Origin: an uncultured bacterium
GTDB taxonomy: Bacteria > Actinomycetota > Actinomycetes > JAVEEB01
DNA length: 64,000 nt
Reading direction: 5' to 3'
Assembly: GCA_964236265.1 (NCBI GenBank)
Contig: CAXSDE010000004.1
Location: forward strand, 32,331 to 96,330
Position numbers and translations under genes: made by a program. The notes beneath the pieces are model-generated. The model had not been told where the DNA came from. It saw only the letters and a list, made by a program, of their open reading frames with translations, and ran no database searches. Numbering within the stretch: position 1 is the first letter of the stretch; every line of letters begins with the position of its first letter. Shown here one piece after another: positions 28,259 through 41,706 of this stretch.

Positions 28259-28923
28259 GGCCAAGGCTCCCCGAAGACGGCGGTCAGGACGGCGCCGATC
28301 GCCGTGAGGGCGTCGGCTGTGCGCCACGCGGCGACGTTGCGCGGGCCGACGGAGTTGGACACCGCGCGCACCTCGATGAACGGAACGTCGTGCACGGCGG
28401 CGGCTGTTGCCACGCCGAAGCCCTCCATGGCTTCGGCTGACGTCGCGTTGCGGGCGCGGTGTTCGTGGGCCCCTTCGGCGGTGCCGGTGATGGTCGAGAC
28501 GGTCCCAATAACCCCGGTCGTCACCGGCAGTCCGGTCGACTCGGCACGCGAGACGAACTCCTCGGCCCAGTCGACAGGCACGTCGTACGCATCGACCCCG
28601 AGGCCCATCTCCGACAGCGACAGGAAGCCGTCGCGCGTCTGGCAACCGAGATCGGCAGCGATCGATCGGGAGGCGACGACCACCGACCCGACCGCGACGT
28701 CGAAGCCACCGGCGATCCCCACCGACACGACGAGGTCGAAGGACTCGACCGCCAGCACGCTCGCCGTTGCGGCGGTCACGGCGGCGACCCCGACTCCGCC
28801 GGCGACGACGACCACCTCACCGGCTGCAGTGCGCATCGACAGCCCGGCAAGACGCCCCAGGATGACAGGACGGGCGTCGTGACCTGCGACGAGCGTCTCG
28901 ACCTCCATGGCGACGGCGACCAT
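28252..28923 (-). CDS. mqnB: futalosine hydrolase (MTA/SAH-nucleosidase family)
   Basis: MVAVAMEVETLVAG...VVVAGGVGVAAV...VVSVGIAGG...EGFGVATAA has a PNP_UDP_1 fold. Adjacent to and coupled with mqnD. Confidence 0.8.
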   Translation of the reverse strand: MVAVAMEVETLVAGHDARPVILGRLAGLSMRTAAGEVVVVAGGVGVAAVTAATASVLAVESFDLVVSVGIAGGFDVAVGSVVVASRSIAADLGCQTRDGFLSLSEMGLGVDAYDVPVDWAEEFVSRAESTGLPVTTGVIGTVSTITGTAEGAHEHRARNATSAEAMEGFGVATAAAVHDVPFIEVRAVSNSVGPRNVAAWRTADALTAIGAVLTAVFGEPWPW

Positions 28924-28934
28924 CACGAGAGTCC

Positions 28935-30398
28935 TCACGAGGACAGCTCGCGCGGCTGCGGATCGGGTTCGGCCGCGTGGCGACCCTCCCGGTCGGGCAA
29001 CCAGTGCAGGCCCGCCTTGATCGACACGATCAGCCCGGCCGTGACGACGACCGCGGCGAGCCCGAAGCCCCACGTGCCCACGATGGGCGCGAGGCCGAGC
29101 GCGCCGCCGACGACCCATGCCAGCTGCAGCAGCGTCTCCGTGCGGGCGAAGGCGGAGGCGCGCCCGTCATCGACCGTGTCGCGCTGGATCACAGCGTCGA
29201 GGGCGAGCTTGCCGAGGGCCTGCGAGAAGCCGGCGAGCGCCGCCATCGTCATCGCGGATGCAGCGCTGAAGAAGACCGCTGCGACTGCGCACGCGAGTGC
29301 GGTGGCCGCGACGAGGCCGGCGAGGAGCTGGTGGGGGCTGCGGGTGGGGATCCGATCACCGGCCCACGTGCCAGCCACGCCGCCGAGCAGCGCGCTCGCG
29401 ACGAGCAGGCCGAGCGCAGTCGTCTGCGAGAGCCCGCCGAGGTGGCCCGTGCGGATGAGAAAGGCGACGTACAGGGTGAGGAAGCCGACGAGGGCACGGA
29501 GCGCGGCCTGTGCGCGCAACGCCGCGATGATCGACGGCGGCAGCGGCGTCGGCCGGGGGAGCTGAAAGCGTCGCCGGGCGGGTGGCGCCGGCGGGGGCGT
29601 CGGGAGGAGCAGCTGCGTGCCGTGCGGGCCGACCTCGACGAGCGGGTTGGAATCGAGCGGCGAATCGACGGCCGCGGGCAGCCGCAGCGCGAGCACCATC
29701 GACGTGAGGTAGAGCAGCGCGCTCGCGCGCAGCAGCCAGTCGCTCCCGGCGAAATGGGAGATGCCGACGCCTATCGGGCCGAAGAAGACCGCCGCGATCG
29801 TGCCGGCGAGGGTCACCCGCGCGTTGGCCCGCACCAGGCCGAGACTGCGCGGCAACAGGCGCGGGACGGCGGCGGACCGGGCCACGCCGTAGCCCTTGCC
29901 GAGGACCAGCACCCCGAAGGCCGCCGGATACAACGCGAGGCCCTCCCCGTGCAGCGCGCCCGCCATGACCCAGACGAGGAAGGCACGGGCCAGGCAGGTC
30001 GCGGCGATCGCGTAGCGGCGACCCGAGCGGAACCGGTCCAGCAGCGGGCCGACGAACGGCGCGACGATCGCGAACGGCGCCAGCGTCATCAGCAGGTAGA
30101 GAGCGACCTTGCCGCGGGCCTGCCCGACGGGCACGTTGAAGAACAGCGTGCCGGCCAGCGCGATGGCCACCGCGGCGTCGGCGGCGCTCTGGACCGCGTG
30201 GAGCTCGATGAGCCGGTCGAGCCCGCTGGTCTGCGCGCCGTGCTTGCGGGCCGACCCGCGCAGCCACTGCCACCAGCGCCGGCTGCCCCGCCCGGCGGTC
30301 ACGGCCACGAAGGCACCTGCCCGCCCGCCGGCGCGCGCGGCGGTCCCGACCCCCCGGGCGGTTGCGCGCACAGCGCGCCGACGCGCCACGGGATCCAT
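28935..30398 (-). CDS. MFS-type membrane transporter
   Basis: 487 aa from the internal ATG (MDPVARRR...) with about 12 hydrophobic helices. The upstream 400 codons of the 890-aa ORF are an antisense artefact. Confidence 0.75.
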   Translation of the reverse strand: MDPVARRRAVRATARGVGTAARAGGRAGAFVAVTAGRGSRRWWQWLRGSARKHGAQTSGLDRLIELHAVQSAADAAVAIALAGTLFFNVPVGQARGKVALYLLMTLAPFAIVAPFVGPLLDRFRSGRRYAIAATCLARAFLVWVMAGALHGEGLALYPAAFGVLVLGKGYGVARSAAVPRLLPRSLGLVRANARVTLAGTIAAVFFGPIGVGISHFAGSDWLLRASALLYLTSMVLALRLPAAVDSPLDSNPLVEVGPHGTQLLLPTPPPAPPARRRFQLPRPTPLPPSIIAALRAQAALRALVGFLTLYVAFLIRTGHLGGLSQTTALGLLVASALLGGVAGTWAGDRIPTRSPHQLLAGLVAATALACAVAAVFFSAASAMTMAALAGFSQALGKLALDAVIQRDTVDDGRASAFARTETLLQLAWVVGGALGLAPIVGTWGFGLAAVVVTAGLIVSIKAGLHWLPDREGRHAAEPDPQPRELSS

Positions 30399-30425
30399 GC
30401 GCCCAGTGTCGCTGGTTGGGCCGAC

Positions 30426-31385
30426 ATGCGCGACACTCGACACATGCCGGATACGTCGACCCCTCTGGACCGCCTCTGCGCCGAGGCCGTCGATCTCGCG
30501 CGCGCCGTCGCGCTGGAGGCCGGCGGGGACGAGGTGGGCGAGCACGTCGAGGTGCTCCCCGATGACGAACTCGTCGCCACCCACTACTTCGCGTGCCTGT
30601 CCAACGGCTACCGCGGGTGGCGCTGGGCCGTCACCGTCGCCCGGGCACCCGGCGTCGACGAGGTCACGGTCGACGAGGTGGTGCTGCTGCCCGGCGCGAG
30701 CGCCGTCCTGTCGAAGGACTGGGTCCCGTACGACCAGCGGCTGCGTCCCGGCGACATCGGCCCCGGCGACCTGCTGCCGCACCGGCCCGACGACATCCGT
30801 CTCGTCCCTTCGTACACCGATGTCGTGGACGCTCTCGACGCGCCGGTGATCGACGAGCTCGGCTTCGGCCGCGAACGCGTCCTGTCGCGGATCGGTCGTG
30901 AGGAGGCTGCCGAACGCTGGTACGACGGCGACAACGGGCCGTTCGCCCCGATCGCCAAGCAGGCCCCCGGCCCGTGCGCCTCGTGTGGTTTCTACTACCG
31001 GCTCTCCGGTGGTCTGGGTGCCCTGTTTGGCGCCTGCACCAACGTTTTCGCGCCCGATGACGGCCGCGTCGTGTCGGTCGATCACGGCTGCGGCGCGCAC
31101 TCGGAGGCCGTGCCCGACATCCCGTTGCTGCCGGAGCCCCTGCCGGTCATCGTCGATGACCTCGCGATCGACATGGAAGGCCGCGAACCGGACGCCGACT
31201 ACGTCGAGCCCCTGGCCCTCGCGGTGGGTCCCATCGGGGACGACGTCGAGGTCGACGATCTGGACGATCTGGACGACGTGGACGGCCTGGACGATGCTGC
31301 GGCTCCCGTGGAGCTCACCGACGCCGACTACGACGCGATGTACGAGGCAGCGCTGCGCAACGGCGAGATCAGCCCCAACTACTGA
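30426..31385 (+). CDS. DUF3027-family protein
   Basis: Conserved CASCGFYYRLSGGLGALFGAC and HGCGAHSE motifs. Acidic Asp-rich C-terminus. Divergent from the MFS gene, with a 27 bp gap. Confidence 0.75.
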   Translation: MRDTRHMPDTSTPLDRLCAEAVDLARAVALEAGGDEVGEHVEVLPDDELVATHYFACLSNGYRGWRWAVTVARAPGVDEVTVDEVVLLPGASAVLSKDWVPYDQRLRPGDIGPGDLLPHRPDDIRLVPSYTDVVDALDAPVIDELGFGRERVLSRIGREEAAERWYDGDNGPFAPIAKQAPGPCASCGFYYRLSGGLGALFGACTNVFAPDDGRVVSVDHGCGAHSEAVPDIPLLPEPLPVIVDDLAIDMEGREPDADYVEPLALAVGPIGDDVEVDDLDDLDDVDGLDDAAAPVELTDADYDAMYEAALRNGEISPNY

Positions 31386-31687
31386 GGCTGCCGCCCGTCG
31401 CGCAGGTCGGGTTGCCCGCCGGGTTCTCCCAAGCCGTGCTCCTTCAAGAAGGCCCGCCGTTTCCAGATCGCGTACGGGCCCCAGGTCAGCCCGACACCGA
31501 TGCCCGTCACGGCCACCCAGGTCCACCAGAGCGCGTCGTGCTGACGGAGCCAGCCGCGGGTGAGCAACAGCACGCCGAGGGCCACGCACCAGATGGCAGT
31601 GCCCCACAGGACGACGGCCGCTTCGTTGGTCACGAGCGGCGGCGGGGACGGCAGGGACGCTTTGGGTGTCTTGGTCACGGACGGCAT
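31379..31687 (-). CDS. DUF2530-like small membrane protein
   Basis: 102 aa with two TM helices (VVLWGTAIWCVALGVLLL, WWTWVAVTGIGVGLTWGPYAIW). Confidence 0.55.
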   Translation of the reverse strand: MPSVTKTPKASLPSPPPLVTNEAAVVLWGTAIWCVALGVLLLTRGWLRQHDALWWTWVAVTGIGVGLTWGPYAIWKRRAFLKEHGLGEPGGQPDLRDGRQPQ

Positions 31688-31706
31688 GGCGCGACGGGCT
31701 CCGCTC

Positions 31707-32765
31707 TCACGTGGAGTCGCGGAGGATGAGCTCCGTGTCGAGGATCGCGTTGTCCACCTCGGCCTGGCCTGCCATCTTCTGCACGAGCAGTTCGATCATC
31801 ATGCGGCCCATGACGTCGATGGGGTGGCGCACCGTCGTCAGCCTCGGCCGGGTGTGGCTCGCGACGACGCTGTCGTCGAACCCGACGACCGACACGTCTG
31901 TCGGCACGCTGCGGCCGGCGTCGGCCAGGGCATGAAGGGCACCGGACGCCATGAGGTCGGAGCCACTGAACAGACCGTCGACCTCCGGGTGACGCTTCAG
32001 CAGCTCCTGCATGGCGTCGTAGCCGCCGTGCTCGAGGAAATGGCCCTCGACGACGAGCGATGGGACGTACGGGAGCCCGGCCGCCTCCAGGCCGGCTCGG
32101 TAACCGCGGTGGCGATCGACGGCAGCCAACATGTCGGTGGAGCCGGCGATGTGGGCGATCCGGCGGCGCCCCTTGGCGTAGAGATGTTCGACCGCGATGC
32201 GGCCGCCTCCGAAGTTGTCGGCGTCGACCCACGGCAGGCTCGGCACGTCGGTCTGGAAAGACCGGCCCATGACGACCGTGGGGAGACGGGCCTTGGCGAG
32301 GATCGCGGGGACCGGGTCGCTGTCGTGCGCGGAGACGACCAGCGCGCCGTCGACGTGTGCCTTGGCGTAGCGGCCGAGGCGTTCGTGGTCCTGCCCGGTC
32401 TGCGTCATGAGCAGCACCAGCTGCAGCGGTGTCTCGGCGAGGCCCGTCGAGATCGCCCGGATGATGCCGCCGAAGAACGGGTCGGAGAAGACGCGTTGGT
32501 CCTGTTCGGACACGATGAGGGCGATGGAGTCGGTGCGCCGCGTGACGAGCGATCGGGCCGCCCGGTTGGGGACGTAGCCGAGCTCGGTGATCGCCTTGTT
32601 CACCCGCGCGAGGGCCGTCTCGCTGACCCGCGGGGAGTCGTTGATGACGCGGGAGACAGTGGCGCGCGAGACGCCGGCGACGCTGGCGACCTGCTCGAGC
32701 GTCGGCTGGCCGAACGTCGCGAGCAAGGGGGCGTTCCTCATCGTCATGTCGACGGGGGCGCTCAT
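31707..32765 (-). CDS. LacI-family transcriptional regulator
   Basis: HTH LEQVASVAGVSRATVSRVIN plus a periplasmic-binding-fold sugar-binding domain. A start at 32747 (MTMRN) is also possible. Confidence 0.85.
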   Translation of the reverse strand: MSAPVDMTMRNAPLLATFGQPTLEQVASVAGVSRATVSRVINDSPRVSETALARVNKAITELGYVPNRAARSLVTRRTDSIALIVSEQDQRVFSDPFFGGIIRAISTGLAETPLQLVLLMTQTGQDHERLGRYAKAHVDGALVVSAHDSDPVPAILAKARLPTVVMGRSFQTDVPSLPWVDADNFGGGRIAVEHLYAKGRRRIAHIAGSTDMLAAVDRHRGYRAGLEAAGLPYVPSLVVEGHFLEHGGYDAMQELLKRHPEVDGLFSGSDLMASGALHALADAGRSVPTDVSVVGFDDSVVASHTRPRLTTVRHPIDVMGRMMIELLVQKMAGQAEVDNAILDTELILRDST

Positions 32766-32787
32766 CGCGAGCTGCCCATGGTCGCGC

Positions 32788-33033
32788 CTACGGCGACGTG
32801 ACCTGGACGGCGCCGAGCTGCGCCGCGTCCGCGCGCATCATCCAATGACGGAGGCGCCGGATGCGGACGGCGTCGCGCGGGTGCCGGCGAATCATCGCGG
32901 CGAGGATGACCTCCACGCGGCTGGCGAGTTGCAGCCGGCGGCGGAAGTAGGAACAGCGCTGGCACAGACCCTCCGCGCGTTGGGTGCTTGCGGAGTCGTA
33001 GCCACCGCAACAGTCGCAGCGTATCGCCTCCAT
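32788..33033 (-). CDS. small Cys-rich (CxxC...CxxC) hypothetical protein
   Basis: 81 aa with GC-rich third codon positions. Cys cluster CDCCGG...CQRC. Function unknown. Confidence 0.3.
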   Translation of the reverse strand: MEAIRCDCCGGYDSASTQRAEGLCQRCSYFRRRLQLASRVEVILAAMIRRHPRDAVRIRRLRHWMMRADAAQLGAVQVTSP

Positions 33034-33362
33034 GGAGCACCTCCTGCGGGTTCGTCAGAGCGAGTCGGCTGCCTACAGCGGCGAACTCTAGCGACGACCT
33101 CCGGATGTGAACAGGGAGAGGGACAACTATCGCTATCCGTGCTCGAGCGACTACGCAGCGCTTCTGTCGACCCATGGAGGAACCGACCCGTTTGCCCGGT
33201 TTGGGAAAGAGATACATGTCGTCGTACAACGACGAACTGTCGTCGGTCGTTCGAAGGGAGGCGCGCACGTGAGCAGTGTGCCGATGTCACTGCTCGTCCT
33301 GCTCTTCGTGGCGTCCGGAGCGGCGATCTGGCTCGCCGGGATGAAGCTGTCCGACAGTCGAC

Positions 33363-34337
33363 GTGCTGGACGAGCGGCTGCATCTCGGATCCGCCGTGGG
33401 TGGCGTCGTCCTGCTGGCCGTCGCGACGAACCTGCCCGAGCTCGCGATCACGGTGAGCGCCGCACTCAGCGGGTCGATCGGGGTCGCCATCGGCAACATC
33501 CTCGGTGGCATTGCGATCCAGACGGTGGTCCTGGTCATTCTCGACGCGGTCGGCATGAAGGTGCGCCGGCCGTTGACGTACCAGGCGGCAAGTCTCAACC
33601 TCGTCCTCGAAGCGACGCTGGTCCTGGCAGTCCTCGTGACGGTCGTCATGGGCACCCAGTTGCCCACGCACCTGTATTGGGCGCGGTTGAGCCCGTCGTC
33701 GGTGCTCATTGCCGTCGTCTGGGTCATCGGCGTCTTTCTGATCAACCGGGCGAGTGGCCGGCTCCCGTGGCAGGACTCCGGAGAGGCGCCCGACAATCAG
33801 GACAAGCCGAAGGGGCACGCGCAGAAGACCAAGGAGGCCAAGGCGCGAGCGGCGGGCACCTCCACCGTGCACTCCGTTGTCGTATTCGCGGTTGCTGCCG
33901 TCGTGACCCTCGTCGCGGGCGTCGTGCTGGAGCACAGTGGCGATGCGATCGCTGAGCACATCCACCTGACGGGCGTGCTGTTCGGCGCGACGGTGCTGGC
34001 CGCGGCCACTTCACTGCCCGAACTGTCGACCGGCATCACGTCCGTGCGGATGGGCGACTATCAGCTGGCGATGAGCGACATCTTCGGCGGAAACGCCTTC
34101 CTGCCCGTCCTCTTCGTCCTCGCCGACCTGCTGTCCGGGAGTGCGGTGCTGCCGCAATCGCAGAACTCGGACGTCTACCTCACCGGCCTCGGGGCTCTGC
34201 TGACGACCGTCTACGCCGCCGGGCTGCTCTTCCGGCCTCGCCGCAATGTGCTGCGCATGGGTATCGATTCGGTGGCTGTCCTCGTCCTGTACGTGCTGGG
34301 GTTCGCCGGCCTGCTCGCGCTCGCCGGGGGCGCCTGA
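33363..34337 (+). CDS. Ca2+/Na+ antiporter (CaCA/YrbG family); N-terminal TM lies in another frame (frameshift near 33359)
   Basis: GSAVGGVVLLAVATNLPELAITVSAAL...GNILGG and a second GNAFLP repeat. The upstream frame, from GTG 33269 (RBS GAAGGGAGG), encodes the missing first helix MSLLVLLFVASGAAIWLAGMKLSDS. Confidence 0.7.
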   Translation: MLDERLHLGSAVGGVVLLAVATNLPELAITVSAALSGSIGVAIGNILGGIAIQTVVLVILDAVGMKVRRPLTYQAASLNLVLEATLVLAVLVTVVMGTQLPTHLYWARLSPSSVLIAVVWVIGVFLINRASGRLPWQDSGEAPDNQDKPKGHAQKTKEAKARAAGTSTVHSVVVFAVAAVVTLVAGVVLEHSGDAIAEHIHLTGVLFGATVLAAATSLPELSTGITSVRMGDYQLAMSDIFGGNAFLPVLFVLADLLSGSAVLPQSQNSDVYLTGLGALLTTVYAAGLLFRPRRNVLRMGIDSVAVLVLYVLGFAGLLALAGGA

Positions 34338-34340
34338 CCG

Positions 34341-34982
34341 GTGACGTGCGCAGGGCCGGAGTCCGTGATCGCCCCACGGCGCTACGGTGGCCCCGTGACG
34401 ATCGAACCGGTGCCCGTGCCCCGTGGCCGGGGGCGGGTCATCCACCTCAACGGTGCGTCAAGTGCGGGCAAATCGACGCTCGCCCGCCGGCTGCAGCCGG
34501 CCCTGGACGAGCCCTACCTGTACGTGTCGTCCGACCTGTTCGTGGCGGCCGGCATGTTGCCCGCTCGCCGCGAGGAGGCGGGCGAGTTCGCGTGGTGGCC
34601 GTCGATGAGGCCCAGGTTCTTCGACGGCTTCCATCGGTGCCTGCCCGCATTGGCGTCGGCGGGCAACGACCTGATCGTGGAGGAGGTCGTCGAGTTCGTC
34701 GCGTGGCGCGCCCGGCTCGCGCAGGTGCTCGACGGCTTCGACGTCTTCCTCGTCGGCGTGCATTGCGACCTCGACGAGCTCGAGCGACGTGAACGGGTCC
34801 GCGGCGACCGGCGGATTGGTGAGGGCCGTGCCCATCTGGAGCAGAACGCGATCCACACCTTCGGTCCGTACGACGTCGAGGTGGACACGAGCGCCGGCGT
34901 TACCGACGCACTTGTCGACACGGTCCTCGGCGCTTGGCGAAACCGCGTCCCACCATCGGCGCTCTTCGCCGGCGGTGCGTGA
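34341..34982 (+). CDS. chloramphenicol-phosphotransferase-like P-loop kinase (CPT family)
   Basis: Walker A HLNGASSAGKSTLARRL. CPT-like layout. A start at 34395 is possible. Confidence 0.7.
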   Translation: MTCAGPESVIAPRRYGGPVTIEPVPVPRGRGRVIHLNGASSAGKSTLARRLQPALDEPYLYVSSDLFVAAGMLPARREEAGEFAWWPSMRPRFFDGFHRCLPALASAGNDLIVEEVVEFVAWRARLAQVLDGFDVFLVGVHCDLDELERRERVRGDRRIGEGRAHLEQNAIHTFGPYDVEVDTSAGVTDALVDTVLGAWRNRVPPSALFAGGA

Positions 34983-34997
34983 CGCGCCCGGCCGCGG

Positions 34998-37754
<2,757 letters not shown>

Positions 37755-37826
37755 CTGTCGGCTAGCTGAACGGCTAGCTGGCCAGTGCTCCGGGCAGTCG
37801 GTGGTCCGGCCCAGGTCCGCAAAAGT

Positions 37827-38966
<1,140 letters not shown>

Positions 38967-39058
38967 TCAGGCGGTGGTGCGGCGAGGGGCACGGGAAATG
39001 TTCGCGGAGGCGCGGGCGGGCGAGGCGCGGCTACGTCACACACAGCGGCGACGAGCCG

Positions 39059-40132
39059 CTACAGCGACGACAGCGAGCGGGCCCCAGGACCGGTGTAGCG
39101 GGCCGCGGGGCGGACGAGCTTGCCGAGCCGCTTCTGCTCGAGGATGTGCGCCGACCAGCCGGCGGTGCGGGCGCAGGCGAACAGCGGCGTGAACAGGTCG
39201 GACGGGATCTGGGCGAAGTCGAGCACGACGGACGCCCAGTAGTCGACGTTCGTCGGCAGCACGCGGTCGGGCTTGCGCTCGGCCAGTTCGGCCAGGGCAA
39301 CCTTCTCCAGCGCCTCCGCCACCTCGTAGCGCGGGGCGCCGAGCTCCTTCGCGGTGCGGCGCAGGACGCGGGCGCGGGGGTCCTCGGCGCGGTAGATGCG
39401 GTGGCCGAAGCCCATGAGCCGCCCACCCTCGTCGAGCGTCTTCTTCACGTACGCGTCCGGGTCGCCCGTGCGCTCGACCTCTTCGATCATGCTGATAACC
39501 CGGGTCGGGGCGCCGCCGTGGAGGGGGCCCGACAGCGCGCCCACGGCTCCGGATATGGCGGCACCTGCGTCCGCGCCGGTGGAGGCGATGACGCGTGCGG
39601 TGAAGGTTGAGGCGTTCATTCCGTGCTCGGCGGCAGAAACCCAATAGGCGTCGATAGCCGCCGCCTGCGCCGAGTCCAGCTCGCCGCGCCACCGGATCAA
39701 GAAGCGCTCGGCAAGGGTCGAGCCCTCGGCGATGGATGCCTCGTCAACGGGCGCCGCGTTGCCGCGCGCGGACTGTGCGGTGAAGGAGATGAGGGCGGCT
39801 GACACGCGAGCGAGGTCAGTGCGTGCCTGCGCCTCGTCGATGTCGTAGAACGTCTTGAGCGGCCACGACCCCGCGACGGCGGCGACGCCCGCCTGGATGT
39901 CGGCGGTGATGTTGCCGGTGCGCAAGGGGAGAGGGTCGCTCGGCCCCGGCTCGAGCCCCGGCTCGACCGCACCGTCGACCAGCAGGCCCCAGACCTGCTC
40001 GTACGGCGTCTGCCCGACGAGCTCCTCGATGTCTACGCCCCGGTAGCGCAGCGCGCCGCCTTCCTTGTCGGGCTCGGCGATCTCCGTCTCGAAAGCGACG
40101 ACGCCTTCGAGGCCTGGGATGAAGTCCGTCAT
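39059..40132 (-). CDS. citA: citrate synthase (CitA / type II-like)
   Basis: Internal ATG MTDFIPGLEGVVAFETEI. Active-site region GFGHRIYRAEDPRA. 357 aa. Confidence 0.85.
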   Translation of the reverse strand: MTDFIPGLEGVVAFETEIAEPDKEGGALRYRGVDIEELVGQTPYEQVWGLLVDGAVEPGLEPGPSDPLPLRTGNITADIQAGVAAVAGSWPLKTFYDIDEAQARTDLARVSAALISFTAQSARGNAAPVDEASIAEGSTLAERFLIRWRGELDSAQAAAIDAYWVSAAEHGMNASTFTARVIASTGADAGAAISGAVGALSGPLHGGAPTRVISMIEEVERTGDPDAYVKKTLDEGGRLMGFGHRIYRAEDPRARVLRRTAKELGAPRYEVAEALEKVALAELAERKPDRVLPTNVDYWASVVLDFAQIPSDLFTPLFACARTAGWSAHILEQKRLGKLVRPAARYTGPGARSLSSL

Positions 40133-40261
40133 ACGTGCCGTCTCCTGACCGAATGCGCTCGCGGTCCCCCATTGTTCCTCGCCAGCCACTGGCCTGCGCA
40201 CCGGGTCCCTGCCGGTCGCCTGACGATCGGCCGCGCGAGCGGCGTCGTACAAGATGGGGCA

Positions 40262-41572
40262 ATGACTGCGGGCGCGCCGGACACGGCGGACGAGACCTCG
40301 CCGCCGCGCGCCGGACGCGTCGGCGGCCGGCTCGCGAGAGTCGCCCTCGACATCACGCCGTTGCGGCGATCAGCCCCGTTCCGGCGGCTGTGGTTCGGGT
40401 CGATCGTGTCGATCGTCGGGTCGCAGATGACGGCCGTCGCGGTCCTCATCCAGATCGACGCGATGACGCACTCGCCGTTGCTCGTCGGTCTGACCGGCGT
40501 GTTCGGGTTCGTCCCGCTCGTGGTCTTCGGCTTGTACGGCGGGTCCATCGTCGATGCGTACGACCGCAGGACGCTGATGCTGATCGCCAACTCGGGGGAG
40601 GCCCTCGCGAGTGCGGGCGTCGCGCTCGCGGTCCTTGCCGGCCTGCACTCCGTGTGGCCGCTGTATGCACTCGTCGCGGTCCAGTCGGCGCTCACGGCGA
40701 TCGACAGCCCGGCGCGCAACGCCGCGCTGCCGACCCTGATCGCGCCCGAGTTGCTCCCCGCGGCCAACGCGATCGGGCAGGTCGCGTTCAACGCGGGCAC
40801 GATCGTCGGCCCGTTGTTCGGCGGTCTCCTCGCCTCGCACAGCTTCGCCGCGGTCTACGGCCTCGATGCGCTCTCGTTCACGGCCGTGCTGATCGCGGCG
40901 GCGCGCCTGCCGCGGCTGCGGCCCGCGGGTGGCGGTCGCCGGGCGGGCCACTCGTCGGTGTTGGAAGGCCTGCGGTGGTTGAAGGCCGCGCCGCTGATCG
41001 CGATGACGTTCTACGTCGACCTCATCGCGATGATCTTCGGGATGCCGCGGGCGCTGTTTCCCGTCCTCGCCCGTGAGCAGTTCCACGTCGGCCCCGCTGC
41101 CGTCGGCATCATGTATGCCGGCGTCGCGGCCGGTGCGCTCCTCGGCGGCCTGTCCGGTGGGTGGATGTCGCGGGTGCACCGCCACGGTCTGGCGATCGTC
41201 GCGGCCATCGTGGCGTGGGGGCTGGCGATCACCGCGTTCGGCCTGACGCACGTGTTCTGGGTCGGCATCCTGCTGCTCGCCGCGGCGGGTGCCGCCGACT
41301 TCGTCAGCGCCGTCTACCGCAACGCGATGCTCCAGTCGGGCACCCCGGACGAGATGCGCGGACGCACCGGCGGCGTCTTCATCGCGGTGGTCGCCGGCGG
41401 CCCGCGCCTCGGCGACCTCGAGTCGGGTGGCGTCGCGCGGCTCGTCTCGCCCGGCTTCGCGGTCGTCAGCGGCGGGTTGGCTTGCGTCGCGTGCGTGCTC
41501 GCGCTGGCGGCAGCCGTCCCGGCGTTCCTGCGTTACGACGCCAGGACCTCCGCAAGGACCACGCGCACCTAG
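40262..41572 (+). CDS. MFS transporter (EntS/YbdA-like)
   Basis: 436 aa from the internal ATG. 12 TM. Conserved LPTLIAPELLPAANAIGQVAFNAGTIVGP. Confidence 0.8.
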   Translation: MTAGAPDTADETSPPRAGRVGGRLARVALDITPLRRSAPFRRLWFGSIVSIVGSQMTAVAVLIQIDAMTHSPLLVGLTGVFGFVPLVVFGLYGGSIVDAYDRRTLMLIANSGEALASAGVALAVLAGLHSVWPLYALVAVQSALTAIDSPARNAALPTLIAPELLPAANAIGQVAFNAGTIVGPLFGGLLASHSFAAVYGLDALSFTAVLIAAARLPRLRPAGGGRRAGHSSVLEGLRWLKAAPLIAMTFYVDLIAMIFGMPRALFPVLAREQFHVGPAAVGIMYAGVAAGALLGGLSGGWMSRVHRHGLAIVAAIVAWGLAITAFGLTHVFWVGILLLAAAGAADFVSAVYRNAMLQSGTPDEMRGRTGGVFIAVVAGGPRLGDLESGGVARLVSPGFAVVSGGLACVACVLALAAAVPAFLRYDARTSARTTRT

Positions 41573-41706
41573 TCATTTCGGTGGAGCCGAAGATGGCCCG
41601 CCGTTGACTCAAGATCCATCGGAAGGCACCGATTGACACCCCAACGGCAGAGCCAGGGGAGCGAACGCTGACCGTCGCGCACGGCTGACGAACGGAAGGC
41701 ACGCAC

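Noticed and set aside
28935-31607. 890-aa minus-strand ORF and the overlapping 802-aa plus-strand ORF 28977..31385
   Set aside because: Only the C-terminal 487 codons of the minus ORF look like an MFS transporter. Only the last 319 codons of the plus ORF look like a DUF3027 protein. The remaining parts are Arg/Pro/Gly-rich antisense translations typical of 70% GC DNA.
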